From: an uncultured Candidatus Bathyarchaeia archaeon
GTDB lineage: Archaea > Thermoproteota > Bathyarchaeia > RBG-16-48-13 > GCA-020345945
Reading direction: 5' to 3'
NCBI GenBank assembly: GCA_964596985.1
Contig: CAZQWG010000009.1
Span: 28,799 to 92,798 of the forward strand
DNA length: 64,000 nt
Part shown: piece after piece, positions 7,582-15,985 of the stretch
Position numbering within the stretch: the stretch's first letter is position 1
Layout: each line of letters starts with the position of its first letter
Translations under genes and position numbers: made by a program
The notes under the pieces: model-generated
Told to the model about the DNA's origin: nothing
The model's input: only the letters and a program-made list of their open reading frames with translations
Databases searched by the model: none

Positions 7582-8573
7582 TTGTCGAGATGTCTCTTTA
7601 GAACTGAGCAGAAATGTTCTCGGATACTATACTCTGCAACTCTTGCTATCTCTGCGAGCAACTTCTGGGTCAATATTGATTTCCGTCCCCTTTTCCTTGC
7701 TAGATATCTTTCTCCCGCATAGACTGTTGACGCGGAGAAGACGTATGGGTTTCTTCCTCCTCGCTCTGCACCATTGATTCTCTCAAGTAGGTTGCTGCAG
7801 ACCGATACCATTTTGTACCGATACTCTAAAGGATCGATGGATGCCTGCTTCAGTTTATAGAGTACCTGTTTATCCGATACCACCTTGTCCAGAATTCTTC
7901 TTAAATAATCCTCGCTTCGGAAAGGTTCTTGTCTGACGACAAGGAGATCTCTATATTCTAAGCCAATCTTCAGTATCGATCTTACCGTAACTCTATGTCC
8001 TAGCCTCTGGAATGCTGTTGCGATATCTCGAATCCTTGAAGGGATTGTTCTGTCGAATTCCCGGGTTGCAAGGAATAGGCAGTAACCCATCAATATCAAG
8101 CTTGTTCCCCCTTTCACTTTTCTCTGATTTTTCATGGCTTTCCTGAACAGGTAGGCAGCCCTTCGACTGATCGCTTTAGGAAGCCTCATGATTTCGGTTA
8201 CCCTGTTCAACGAACAGAAGCATCGATAGGTTGTCTCGTAACCCCTATGTCGGTTTTGCCCATCGTAGGTTGCTTTGAGATGCGTAAAGAGCTGTTGCCT
8301 GTCTTCTGGTAAAGGTCTTCCATTTCTATCCTTGAAGAAGAAGGATTTATCAAAGCCGATGTATGCCCCGAGTCCTCCTACGAAGTATGGTCGTGATCCA
8401 ATCTCGTTCTGACTCAGATTCTTTGAATGGCGAGGAGAATGCTCTTTGTTGAAAAGAGGGTCCACATCAAGAGTATGCGACTCTCGAAGAACCAACCCGC
8501 AACGAGTGCATACGATCTCGCTTTGTGAAGATACTATTTCTCCTCCGCATTCTTTGCATCGAGTGAACTCCAA
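7482..8573 (-). CDS. tfb: Transcription initiation factor TFB (TFIIB) paralogue, divergent
   Basis: 363 aa. N-terminal Zn ribbon CKECGGEIVSSQSEIVCTRCGLV, followed by two cyclin-like repeats. The linker and C-terminal tail are longer than I expect for a canonical TFB. Confidence 0.8.
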   Translation of the reverse strand: MEFTRCKECGGEIVSSQSEIVCTRCGLVLRESHTLDVDPLFNKEHSPRHSKNLSQNEIGSRPYFVGGLGAYIGFDKSFFFKDRNGRPLPEDRQQLFTHLKATYDGQNRHRGYETTYRCFCSLNRVTEIMRLPKAISRRAAYLFRKAMKNQRKVKGGTSLILMGYCLFLATREFDRTIPSRIRDIATAFQRLGHRVTVRSILKIGLEYRDLLVVRQEPFRSEDYLRRILDKVVSDKQVLYKLKQASIDPLEYRYKMVSVCSNLLERINGAERGGRNPYVFSASTVYAGERYLARKRGRKSILTQKLLAEIARVAEYSIREHFCSVLKRHLDNYEQTTPSHSPESHPSEEGSSLHLNPILISRRR

Positions 8574-9015
8574 TCCTTAGTTCATCCTTTAAGTAGAATT
8601 CATGTCTTTGATGTTCTTGGCTCAAAGGATTCCCTGACGCATTATTAACTTCCAGCTACAACTTGCTCCTTTACTACGAATCTTTTGAATACTTTGAGTC
8701 AGAGAGGGGAATGAAAGTGTCCTCCTCGATCAGATCCTTTTCGATGAACCGGCTCTCTCGGTAGAAGGTGGACCAGACAAAGTTTTTATTCCACGGTTTC
8801 GAGGTGTTGTTGACACGGAATCTGCTGGGAAACAGTGGAAACCCGTTTAGGTAGCCTATTCCGTCCCTCAATCCTATGTGGGTACGGTCGAAAGTGGATC
8901 TAATCGACGGGTCTGTGAAACAGGAAGACTGGCCTTAACGGCTGGGTTTCAACTTCCAAGACGCGTCGTGTCTTGCTGAGATAAGTCGGTCAAGAGAGAG
9001 TAGGAGAGTCATGTA

Positions 9016-9441
9016 TTGTCTGCCGTCGCAAAACGCGGGTTCTTTGATGAGTATTCAAAAATGTTACAGAAACTTGTGACTGTCGGGGTCTCCTCGGGGA
9101 AGAGTTATACTGGTACTCTGCTTGGATTCGATCCCGTTACGCTGAGCCTCTGTCTCGGTGATGTTAAGGATGATAATGGAAATGTTCTTCATAGGATCTT
9201 CTTGAACGGAAACACAATCGAGTATGTCATCGCCGCAGAGAAGCCGTTCGACCTTCAAGGTCTTGCAAGCAGAATAGAGAAGGTCTTCCCCCATCTCGTT
9301 CGGATACACGAAGATGCAGGGGTAATCGTCGTAATGGATAAGATACGTGTCTCCGAAGAGGGTGTGGTAGAAGGATCTGGTGCTGCGGCAGACAGGGTTC
9401 GCCGCGTTTGCGAAGAATTCTTCCGTGAAACAAAGAGATAG
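9016..9441 (+). CDS. Two-domain Sm-like protein (SmAP3-like)
   Basis: 141 aa, TTG start preceded by TAGGAGAG. Sm fold signature KLVTVGVSSGKSYTGTLLGFDPVTLSLCLGDV...IFLNGNTIEYV, plus a ~65-aa C-terminal domain. Confidence 0.7.
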   Translation: MSAVAKRGFFDEYSKMLQKLVTVGVSSGKSYTGTLLGFDPVTLSLCLGDVKDDNGNVLHRIFLNGNTIEYVIAAEKPFDLQGLASRIEKVFPHLVRIHEDAGVIVVMDKIRVSEEGVVEGSGAAADRVRRVCEEFFRETKR

Positions 9442-9596
9442 TCCGCGCCCTTCTTTTCTCAGATTATTTCAGCCTTTGATCGCTGAATCTCAAGATTCTT
9501 ACTAGACAGGAGCTGCTATCGCATAGTGTTTTTTAGTACTCCCTGACCTCATGTCTTCTTGGAGTAAGAATCGCCGAAGAGGAAGAAGTTGGTAGA

Positions 9597-11267
9597 TTGG
9601 CCTTCGAGATAAAGAAGCGCGATTTGATGGGTCGAATCGGGAGGCTGAGAACAAAGAGCGGTACTATTGAGACCCCCCTACTCCTTCCTGTCATAAACCT
9701 CCTTATACAACCTATTCCCCCGAATAGACTTTGGGAGGAGTTTGGACTCAAAGCAGTAATGACGAATGCGTATCTGGTGAAGAAGAACTTTGAAGAACGA
9801 ATCAAAGGTCGAACCATACATGATCTCCTCGATTTCCCTGGAATCGTAATGACTGATTCTGGGGCATACCAACTCCTCTCTCACGGGGAAGTAACGGTGA
9901 CCCCAAAGGAAATCATTGCTTTCCAAGAAGAGATATCCACTGATATCGGAGTAATTCTCGACCAGCCTACGAGTTGGAGAGTAAACTGGGAAGAGGCAAA
10001 GAACACAGTGGAGATAACGTTAGAGCGGGCTCGAGAGGCTCTGAGAACCAGAAATGAGACGGGAATTCTATGGACGGGGCCGGTTCAAGGAGGAATCTAC
10101 TTAGACCTCGTTGAGCTCTCTTCCAAGAGGATGAGTGAGTTACCATTCGACTTGTATGCCTTGGGAAGCCCCACGACACTCATGCAGAACTACTGGTTCG
10201 GGGATCTCATTGACATGATCGCAACTGCAAATACGCATCTTCCCGCAGAGCATCCGATGCATCTCTTCGGTGCAGGTCATCCCCTATTCTTCTCTTTTGC
10301 TGTTGCTCTCGGATGTGATATGTTTGACTCTGCCGCTTATGCCATCTACGCGCGCCAGGGAAGGTATATGACGGAGCAAGGCACGATAAGGGTAGATCGG
10401 TTGGAATATTTCCCCTGCTCCTGTCCGACGTGTTCATCCCTGTCTCCGAGGGAGCTGAGGGATCTTCCCGAAACAGAAAGACAGGTCAAGGTTGCCGAGC
10501 ATAACCTCTATTCATGTCTCTCCGAGATCAAACGGATCAAACAAGCAATTATGGATGGACGATTATGGGAACTTTTAGAGTTCAGGTCTCGGGGTCATCC
10601 GGCTCTGTTGACAGCTTTCAAGCGATTCAAGAAGTATGAAAACCTCCTAGAAAGCAGATCCCCTATCTCTAAGAGTCGAGGTCTATTCCACTTCGGTTAT
10701 ACCGGTCTTTCCCGACCCGAGATCGTTCGCCACGCACGTAGAATCTCGGACAGCTACAAGCCTCCATTTGAGGGTCAAGGGATTCTTCTTCTCGTATCGC
10801 AGCCTCGAAGAAGACCGTTTCATAGATCTCCGGAGGTAAAGAGAATGCTTGAGAGCCTTTCTAGGAGGTCTGGTGCACTGGGTCATCGGATTCATGTGTG
10901 CTTCTTTGCGAGCCCGTTCGGCATAGTTCCTATGGAACTCGACGAAGTCTATCCCCTATCACAGTATGAATCCGTCTTCCCCTGCGACAAGGAGACACTC
11001 GATATCCTCGAAGAACAGGTTCAAGAATTCATCGTCAGATTCGGGGACCGATACAGCGGAGTGGCACTCCTAAGCGATAAGGAGACGTGGGGGGAAGGTG
11101 TCTCTCAAAAATGCCGTTTGGCTTGTAGAAAGGTAGGTGTCCCATTCATCGCAGAATTAGATGGACAAGGCAGGCTTAGCGGGGATCAGGTTGAACGCTT
11201 GTTGAAGGCAATTACACGCTCGAACAACGATCCTGCTGACGGAAACGACCAGTCTCAGAACCCTTAA
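9597..11267 (+). CDS. tgtA: tRNA-guanine(15) transglycosylase (archaeosine TGT), no PUA domain seen
   Basis: 556 aa. GRIGRLRTKSGTIETPLLLPV, MTDSGAYQL and the zinc site CSCPTCSS. The C-terminal half is not PUA-like. Confidence 0.85.
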   Translation: MAFEIKKRDLMGRIGRLRTKSGTIETPLLLPVINLLIQPIPPNRLWEEFGLKAVMTNAYLVKKNFEERIKGRTIHDLLDFPGIVMTDSGAYQLLSHGEVTVTPKEIIAFQEEISTDIGVILDQPTSWRVNWEEAKNTVEITLERAREALRTRNETGILWTGPVQGGIYLDLVELSSKRMSELPFDLYALGSPTTLMQNYWFGDLIDMIATANTHLPAEHPMHLFGAGHPLFFSFAVALGCDMFDSAAYAIYARQGRYMTEQGTIRVDRLEYFPCSCPTCSSLSPRELRDLPETERQVKVAEHNLYSCLSEIKRIKQAIMDGRLWELLEFRSRGHPALLTAFKRFKKYENLLESRSPISKSRGLFHFGYTGLSRPEIVRHARRISDSYKPPFEGQGILLLVSQPRRRPFHRSPEVKRMLESLSRRSGALGHRIHVCFFASPFGIVPMELDEVYPLSQYESVFPCDKETLDILEEQVQEFIVRFGDRYSGVALLSDKETWGEGVSQKCRLACRKVGVPFIAELDGQGRLSGDQVERLLKAITRSNNDPADGNDQSQNP

Positions 11268-11295
11268 ATCGTTCCAATAATGGAATTCTGAAACA

Positions 11296-11625
11296 ATGTC
11301 TAGAGAAGAGATAGATCGGTACCTAGAACTTCTTCAAGACCGTCCTGATCTCCTCCTCCATGGTCTCAAACTCGCGTGGGGGCTACGTGTGGCTGAACGG
11401 TTCGGTAAGAAGAGGGGGCGTCCTGGCAAGGTTGATGAGTGCGTGAGACTCTTGACCCTGAATCTGGCAACTGGAAGACCTGAATCGCAACTTGCGGCGA
11501 AGGCGATCGAGGAATGGAATTACACAAACGCGTTACTGAAAACAGGTTCTGGACCCTTCCCGAAATGCTCAAGAACCACAAGATGGAGGATCAAACGGCA
11601 ACTCCTTTCACTAGTCGGGCAGTAG
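11296..11625 (+). CDS. Hypothetical protein
   Basis: 109-aa ATG ORF with no competing frame. No family recognised. Confidence 0.4.
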   Translation: MSREEIDRYLELLQDRPDLLLHGLKLAWGLRVAERFGKKRGRPGKVDECVRLLTLNLATGRPESQLAAKAIEEWNYTNALLKTGSGPFPKCSRTTRWRIKRQLLSLVGQ

Positions 11626-11678
11626 ACGGTGCACTGGCGGTAAGAGAGGCGTGAGGTGAGTGAAAGGCTGTACGGTTC

Positions 11679-12395
11679 TCAAACGTACATTCCATCGTAT
11701 GATTGACTGGTTCTCATCCTTCTCTCCTCCAATTCTCTCTCGATAGTCTCGGCATCTTGTACCAGACCAGAGACATCGATCCCCAACTGGTAGATCTCAC
11801 ATATTTTCTTAATAGCCACCGCGGCGGCTCTTGGATCGGGTATGTCTCTCGAAGCGTAAGGTAGAATTGCGACCGCCGGGAAGTTACACATTTCGAATGT
11901 CGTTAGCATTAAGGCCAGGGGGCCTGTGACATAGAGTCCCCTCTCCAGTAATAAGTCTCTGATAGCCTGATTCTTATCCATGTATGTTTTAGTGGGAACA
12001 ATCTTCAGATCTTCAGGGCCGCTACGGAATCTTCTATCCAGCCCTCCAATCAACGTGGCTTCTTTAAATCGTTTCTCAACCACCCATTCGGCTATCTTTC
12101 TGGAAAACTCGTTCTCCTCGCTTCTATGAGGAGGGAACTCTGATCGGACAAAGACGAATCTATCCCACTTATATATCTCGAATGGAGTTAAGAGTTGGTC
12201 TCCACCGACGGAAACGAACGGTGGTGTAGACCTCGTCTGTACGTAGCCTATCCTCTCTGCTTTCAGCGCATTGAGCAGATGATTGATCGCTATATAACCC
12301 GTCATTCCTATTCCATGGAATCCTGTGATCAGGATGCTGTCTTCGTACTCGCCCTCTGGGACGATAAGGCGAATATCTGTCTGCGAGTAGCCCAT
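11679..12395 (-). CDS. PAC2-family protein (proteasome assembly chaperone-like)
   Basis: ILITGFHGIGMTGYIAINHLL is typical of the PAC2 family. I prefer the internal ATG (MGYSQTD) over the track start at 12461. Confidence 0.7.
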   Translation of the reverse strand: MGYSQTDIRLIVPEGEYEDSILITGFHGIGMTGYIAINHLLNALKAERIGYVQTRSTPPFVSVGGDQLLTPFEIYKWDRFVFVRSEFPPHRSEENEFSRKIAEWVVEKRFKEATLIGGLDRRFRSGPEDLKIVPTKTYMDKNQAIRDLLLERGLYVTGPLALMLTTFEMCNFPAVAILPYASRDIPDPRAAAVAIKKICEIYQLGIDVSGLVQDAETIERELEERRMRTSQSYDGMYV

Positions 12396-12461
12396 CTCCG
12401 AATCACTACCGATAAAAAGATGCCCAAAGAAAAGCGTTTTCGTATTTGTCAGGTGAAACAA

Positions 12462-13727
12462 GTGTCTCTTAACATAAAATGTCTCGGTGCAACGCGAGAG
12501 ATCGGTAGATCTGCTTTCCTCGTTGGTACCGGGAGAACTAAACTCCTACTCGACTATGGCACTCTGATGGGTCGACCCCCAGGGTTTCCCATGCATGTGT
12601 CTCCGAAAGAAGTCGATGCGATAATACTCTCTCACGCCCATCTAGACCACTCGGGTGGGACTCCGATCTATCATATACGTGAACCTAAGCCCGTATTTGG
12701 TACTGTCCTGTCTCTAGAACTTGCCCGCTTACTGATCTCTGACTTCATTCATCTTTCCGGGTACTATCTTCCATACGAGTACTTGGAACTTGAAACTATG
12801 ATGAGGAACACGGTCTCGATTAAATATGGGAAGGAAGTGAAGATCGGCGGTCTGCGGTTCTCCTTGATTGATGCAGGACACATCCCGGGAAGCGCGCAGA
12901 TCTCGATTAAAAGTGGCAGGAAGAGGATTCTTTTTACTGGAGATATCAATACGACTAACACTCAACTCTTGAACGGAGCCCCCAGCAGTTTCGAGGAAGA
13001 GTTCAACGCAGTAATAATCGAAAGCACCTACGCGCTACGTGATCACTTGGACCGGAGTCTCGTGGAGTCCGAATTCATCGAAGAAACCAAGAGAGTGGTT
13101 GAGGGTGGGGGTATTGTCCTAGTTCCTGCTTTTGGTGTCGGTCGATCCCAGGAGATTCTATGCCTGCTATATAACTACGGCTTTCCCTACCCCGTTTGGG
13201 TAGATGGAATGACACGTAAGACGAACAGAATTCTCCTCCAAGATCCCATAGATCTAAGGGACCCTCGCTCTCTCCGAGAGGCAGTAGGTCGAGCTAGAAT
13301 AGTCCGAGGCTGGAAGGATAGAAGAAAGGCAGTTAAGAAGCCCGGTGTGATAGTAGCCCCGGCTGGAATGTTGAGTGGCGGAACTGCAGTACTCTACCTT
13401 GAGAAGCTCTTCTCGAATCCGAACAACGGTGTTTTCCTAGTCAGCTACCAGCCTCCCGGAACACCAGGCAGCGAGTTGCTTGAGACGGGCCGCTTTTTGG
13501 TCAAGGGGAAGGCTAGGGAGGTTCAAGCGAAGGTGAAACAATTCGATTTTTCTTCTCACTCCGGTCGCAAAGAACTGCACGATATGGTCAAATCCCTGAA
13601 GGGAGATCCGCTAATCATTACCGTCCATGGAGATGAAGAAAGCTGTCAGACATTTGCCGGCAACATACAAGAGAAGATCGGGTTCTCCGCAGTTTCTCCT
13701 GAGGCAGGAGATGTCTTCAAAGTCTAG
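12462..13727 (+). CDS. beta-CASP metallo-beta-lactamase ribonuclease, aCPSF2-type (no KH domains)
   Basis: HAHLDHSGG motif with a beta-CASP layout. The N-terminus at GTG 12462 (SLNIKCLGATREIGRSAFLV) matches the usual start of this family. The track start at 12195 overlaps the divergent PAC2 gene. ATG 12420 and GTG 12453 are alternatives. Confidence 0.8.
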   Translation: MSLNIKCLGATREIGRSAFLVGTGRTKLLLDYGTLMGRPPGFPMHVSPKEVDAIILSHAHLDHSGGTPIYHIREPKPVFGTVLSLELARLLISDFIHLSGYYLPYEYLELETMMRNTVSIKYGKEVKIGGLRFSLIDAGHIPGSAQISIKSGRKRILFTGDINTTNTQLLNGAPSSFEEEFNAVIIESTYALRDHLDRSLVESEFIEETKRVVEGGGIVLVPAFGVGRSQEILCLLYNYGFPYPVWVDGMTRKTNRILLQDPIDLRDPRSLREAVGRARIVRGWKDRRKAVKKPGVIVAPAGMLSGGTAVLYLEKLFSNPNNGVFLVSYQPPGTPGSELLETGRFLVKGKAREVQAKVKQFDFSSHSGRKELHDMVKSLKGDPLIITVHGDEESCQTFAGNIQEKIGFSAVSPEAGDVFKV

Positions 13728-13758
13728 ACTCGTGCCAATTCATTCTTTCTACGAGATA

Positions 13759-13953
13759 TCAGACCTCAACGAGTTCGCAAGAGATCTGACCTAGAATGTC
13801 TTCTGCCTCTTCAGGAGAGGTTTTTAGCGTATAGAGTCTGCTGGGTAACCTTAGCTTGAGCTTCACAACATCTTCCTTCCTTCTCACCCTACATTCCTCG
13901 GCTTTCTCTGAGAGTTTGAGAAACTTTTCTGTATCGAAGATCTCGGTCGGCAA
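13759..13953 (-). CDS. rpl38e: 50S ribosomal protein L38e (eL38)
   Basis: 64 aa. MPTEIFDTEKFLKLSEKAEE...VVKLKLRLPSRLYTLKTSPEEAEDIL follows the eL38 pattern (P.EI.D...FL ... VKFK.R.SRYLYTL). Confidence 0.75.
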   Translation of the reverse strand: MPTEIFDTEKFLKLSEKAEECRVRRKEDVVKLKLRLPSRLYTLKTSPEEAEDILGQISCELVEV

Positions 13954-14200
13954 GTCGATTTCCCTTTTCAGTACTTCAGAACACTAAGATATCAGCCTTT
14001 CTGGGGTTTCGCCGAATCCGGTCCTTTTCATCCTTATAATACAATCCTAGTGTGGAAGAGAGAATTTCAGATGCGTTCTGACCAGCTTGCTAGATCCTTT
14101 TTGGGTGAGTTCTCCTTTGATGAACCTATAAGACATATGTCGAGTTCGGGGCTTCTCCATGATGGGACGTGTTGTGTTGACGTTTTCTTGAGGAGATAGG

Positions 14201-14271
14201 TGGGCCCGCCCGGAATTGAACCAGGGCTTCCACCATGTGAGGGTGATGTCCTACCACTAGACTACGGGCCC
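14201..14271 (-). tRNA. tRNA-Val (anticodon CAC)
   Basis: Manual fold: acceptor GGGCCCG/CGGGCCC, D arm GTCT-AGTGGTA-GGAC, anticodon arm TCACC-CTCACAT-GGTGG, T arm CCTGG-TTCAATT-CCGGG, discriminator A. CCA is not encoded. Confidence 0.9.
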
Positions 14272-14478
14272 CTGGCATCGTTTTGGGTAATGAGAATAAA
14301 AATGTTCTGAGGAGAGTCTTATCTCAGATATGTATTTTCTGCGGCTGAGAAGCAATGGAAGAACCAGTTGTCAATTTTGATTGAAGCCGGAAACGTTGGT
14401 TGTTATGGATACGGATTCTGGCTCTATAGGAGGTATTGCCAATAGGACCTCGTGGATCAATAGAACCGTTACTAGGAT

Positions 14479-14643
14479 CTACTTTGCGCCTAATTCTCTC
14501 TTTTTCCATCTCAGATTGCTGCCGCGGCACTTCCTGCATTTCTGGGCTGAGGAGGCGTTTCTTGCCCCGCATTTACGGCAGATCTTTGCGTAGAGCCTGT
14601 GTTCCTGGGCTATTCTTTTCTTCACTGGGTCTGTAATGGGCAT
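14479..14643 (-). CDS. rpl40e: 50S ribosomal protein L40e (eL40)
   Basis: MPITDPVKKRIAQEHRLYAKICRKCGARNASSAQKCRKCRGSNLRWKK is a classic eL40 zinc ribbon. I prefer the internal ATG over the track start at 14685. Confidence 0.85.
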   Translation of the reverse strand: MPITDPVKKRIAQEHRLYAKICRKCGARNASSAQKCRKCRGSNLRWKKRELGAK

Positions 14644-14729
14644 CTCTTTCTTCCCTTTGGGGTGCTTGCTGGTCTCTCCTACCAACAGGATTCTGGCAAT
14701 TAAGTCTGTCGGATACTAGGTCAAGAGCA

Positions 14730-15191
14730 TTACAAAGCTTCTATTGTAACATAGGATCTTGTCTCTTCTACGCCTTCGATCGAAGAAATCGCTCTGAGAA
14801 TATTGTCAAGTTTCTCCCGTTCAACAACGATGACTAGGTCCATGTCGCCTGTTACTCTGTGAATGCTTTTCGTAGAAAGTCTCGAAATCTCTCGATAGGC
14901 GCTTTCTCTCTTCCCTGGGGATATCCTCGTGAAGACAAATGTGGGTTGTCCTGTCTTTCCTAGAAGTGGTAGTCCTGCCTCCATGATGTCAATGAATCCC
15001 CTCCCAGTCCTAATGTATCTGTTATCCCTCAGTTTCTTGAGATGGATATTGAGGGCCTGTCTGGTTATTCTTAGCTCCTTTGCTAGATCAGATTGCTTGG
15101 TCTCTACTGTGAATGCTGTGACCGGTCTGCTCCGGTCGAAGAGTGCTTTGAGGATCCTTCGGGATCTTGGAGAAATCTCATTGGAAGACAG
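14730..15191 (-). CDS. Lrp/AsnC-family regulator (wHTH + RAM domain); start codon unresolved
   Basis: The track lists only the RAM domain (14730..14984, IHRVTGDMDLVIVVE). The same frame stays open upstream to 15245. It encodes ISPRSRRILKALFDRSRPVTAFTVETKQSDLAKELRITRQALNIHLKKLRDNRYI (wHTH) with no ATG/GTG/TTG. The 5' end given here is a CTG. Confidence 0.6.
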   Translation of the reverse strand: MSSNEISPRSRRILKALFDRSRPVTAFTVETKQSDLAKELRITRQALNIHLKKLRDNRYIRTGRGFIDIMEAGLPLLGKTGQPTFVFTRISPGKRESAYREISRLSTKSIHRVTGDMDLVIVVEREKLDNILRAISSIEGVEETRSYVTIEAL

Positions 15192-15463
15192 TTCTGTTTT
15201 CCCCCTCGTCGGGATTACATTACAAACGTAAAGTTTTACCTTTTGTTATTCTGTAGTTATTCTGTATCTTGGATTGACCAAAATGCATTTATGGTATCTG
15301 GCTTCTAGCTCTAGAAAAATACCGTAAAAGAGTTTATGAGGTCCCGGTTGTAGATCTTCGGATCGAATGTCTACGGCAGAATCGGCAGATCCTTATGATC
15401 GTTGATTATCGAAAACTCGATTGGGAGAGTTTACGATAGGTGCCGGGTGCCGGAGGGTTGTGC

Positions 15464-15976
15464 TTGAAGACACCGTTGTGTAACTTCTGCCTTAAGAGCG
15501 GCATCCTATGCTCGAAATGTGAGGCTTTACTCCGGGACGGTGAAGTCAGTGAATTGGATGTCAAGGTCGCAAGGATTCTCTTGGATTTTGAGCAGCGATA
15601 TCCGATTCTGCAGGAGATCACTCTTCGAAAGGTAGTAGAAAGCGGTTCTGTTCTAGCGATAGTCGTAAATCAAGGTGGGCCTCAGAAAATCCTTGGTTCT
15701 GGAGGAAAGCTAATTCGAGACCTGAGTGATCGGGTTGGTAAGCGGATCAAACTTCTGGAGGACGATTGCGACCTCCGAAGATTCATCGAGGAATTGTTCG
15801 CCCCAGCGAGTATACTGACGATCAACACCGTATGGCTTCCCGATGGATCAACAGAAACCAAGGTGATACTCTCGCGCCGTGACGCCCGTCATCTCCCCTC
15901 TAGTGCGGATACGCTGAGAGAGCTTGCGTGGAAGATTCGTGGCGTTGTGCTTCGGGTCGAACTCGAAAGGGGTTGA
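15464..15976 (+). CDS. NusA-like KH-domain RNA-binding protein with N-terminal Cys4 zinc ribbon
   Basis: MKTPLCNFCLKSGILCSKCEALLRDGEVSELDV followed by a KH-like region (GSGGKLIRDLSDRVGKRIKLLE). GGAGGG lies 6 nt before TTG 15464. The track start is 15440. Confidence 0.6.
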   Translation: MKTPLCNFCLKSGILCSKCEALLRDGEVSELDVKVARILLDFEQRYPILQEITLRKVVESGSVLAIVVNQGGPQKILGSGGKLIRDLSDRVGKRIKLLEDDCDLRRFIEELFAPASILTINTVWLPDGSTETKVILSRRDARHLPSSADTLRELAWKIRGVVLRVELERG

Positions 15977-15985
15977 TGTTCGCAA

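Noticed and set aside
8674-8871. 65-aa ORF upstream of tfb, plus a 6-bp hairpin CAAGAC-N7-GTCTTG at 8957..8975
   Set aside because: The ORF has no recognisable features or RBS. The hairpin is short and isolated. Neither is sufficient to call a gene or an RNA element.
12195-12461. N-terminal ~89 codons of the 510-aa beta-CASP track ORF
   Set aside because: This part is antisense to the PAC2 gene and does not resemble any beta-CASP N-terminus. The family-typical start (IKCLGATREIGRSAFLV) begins at about 12462.
14283-14352. Possible C/D box sRNA (AATGAGA ... CTGA ... CTGA) next to tRNA-Val
   Set aside because: The C-box candidate deviates from RUGAUGA at the critical G-A positions. There is no C' box and no terminal stem. 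No TGATGA occurs in any intergenic region I inspected.
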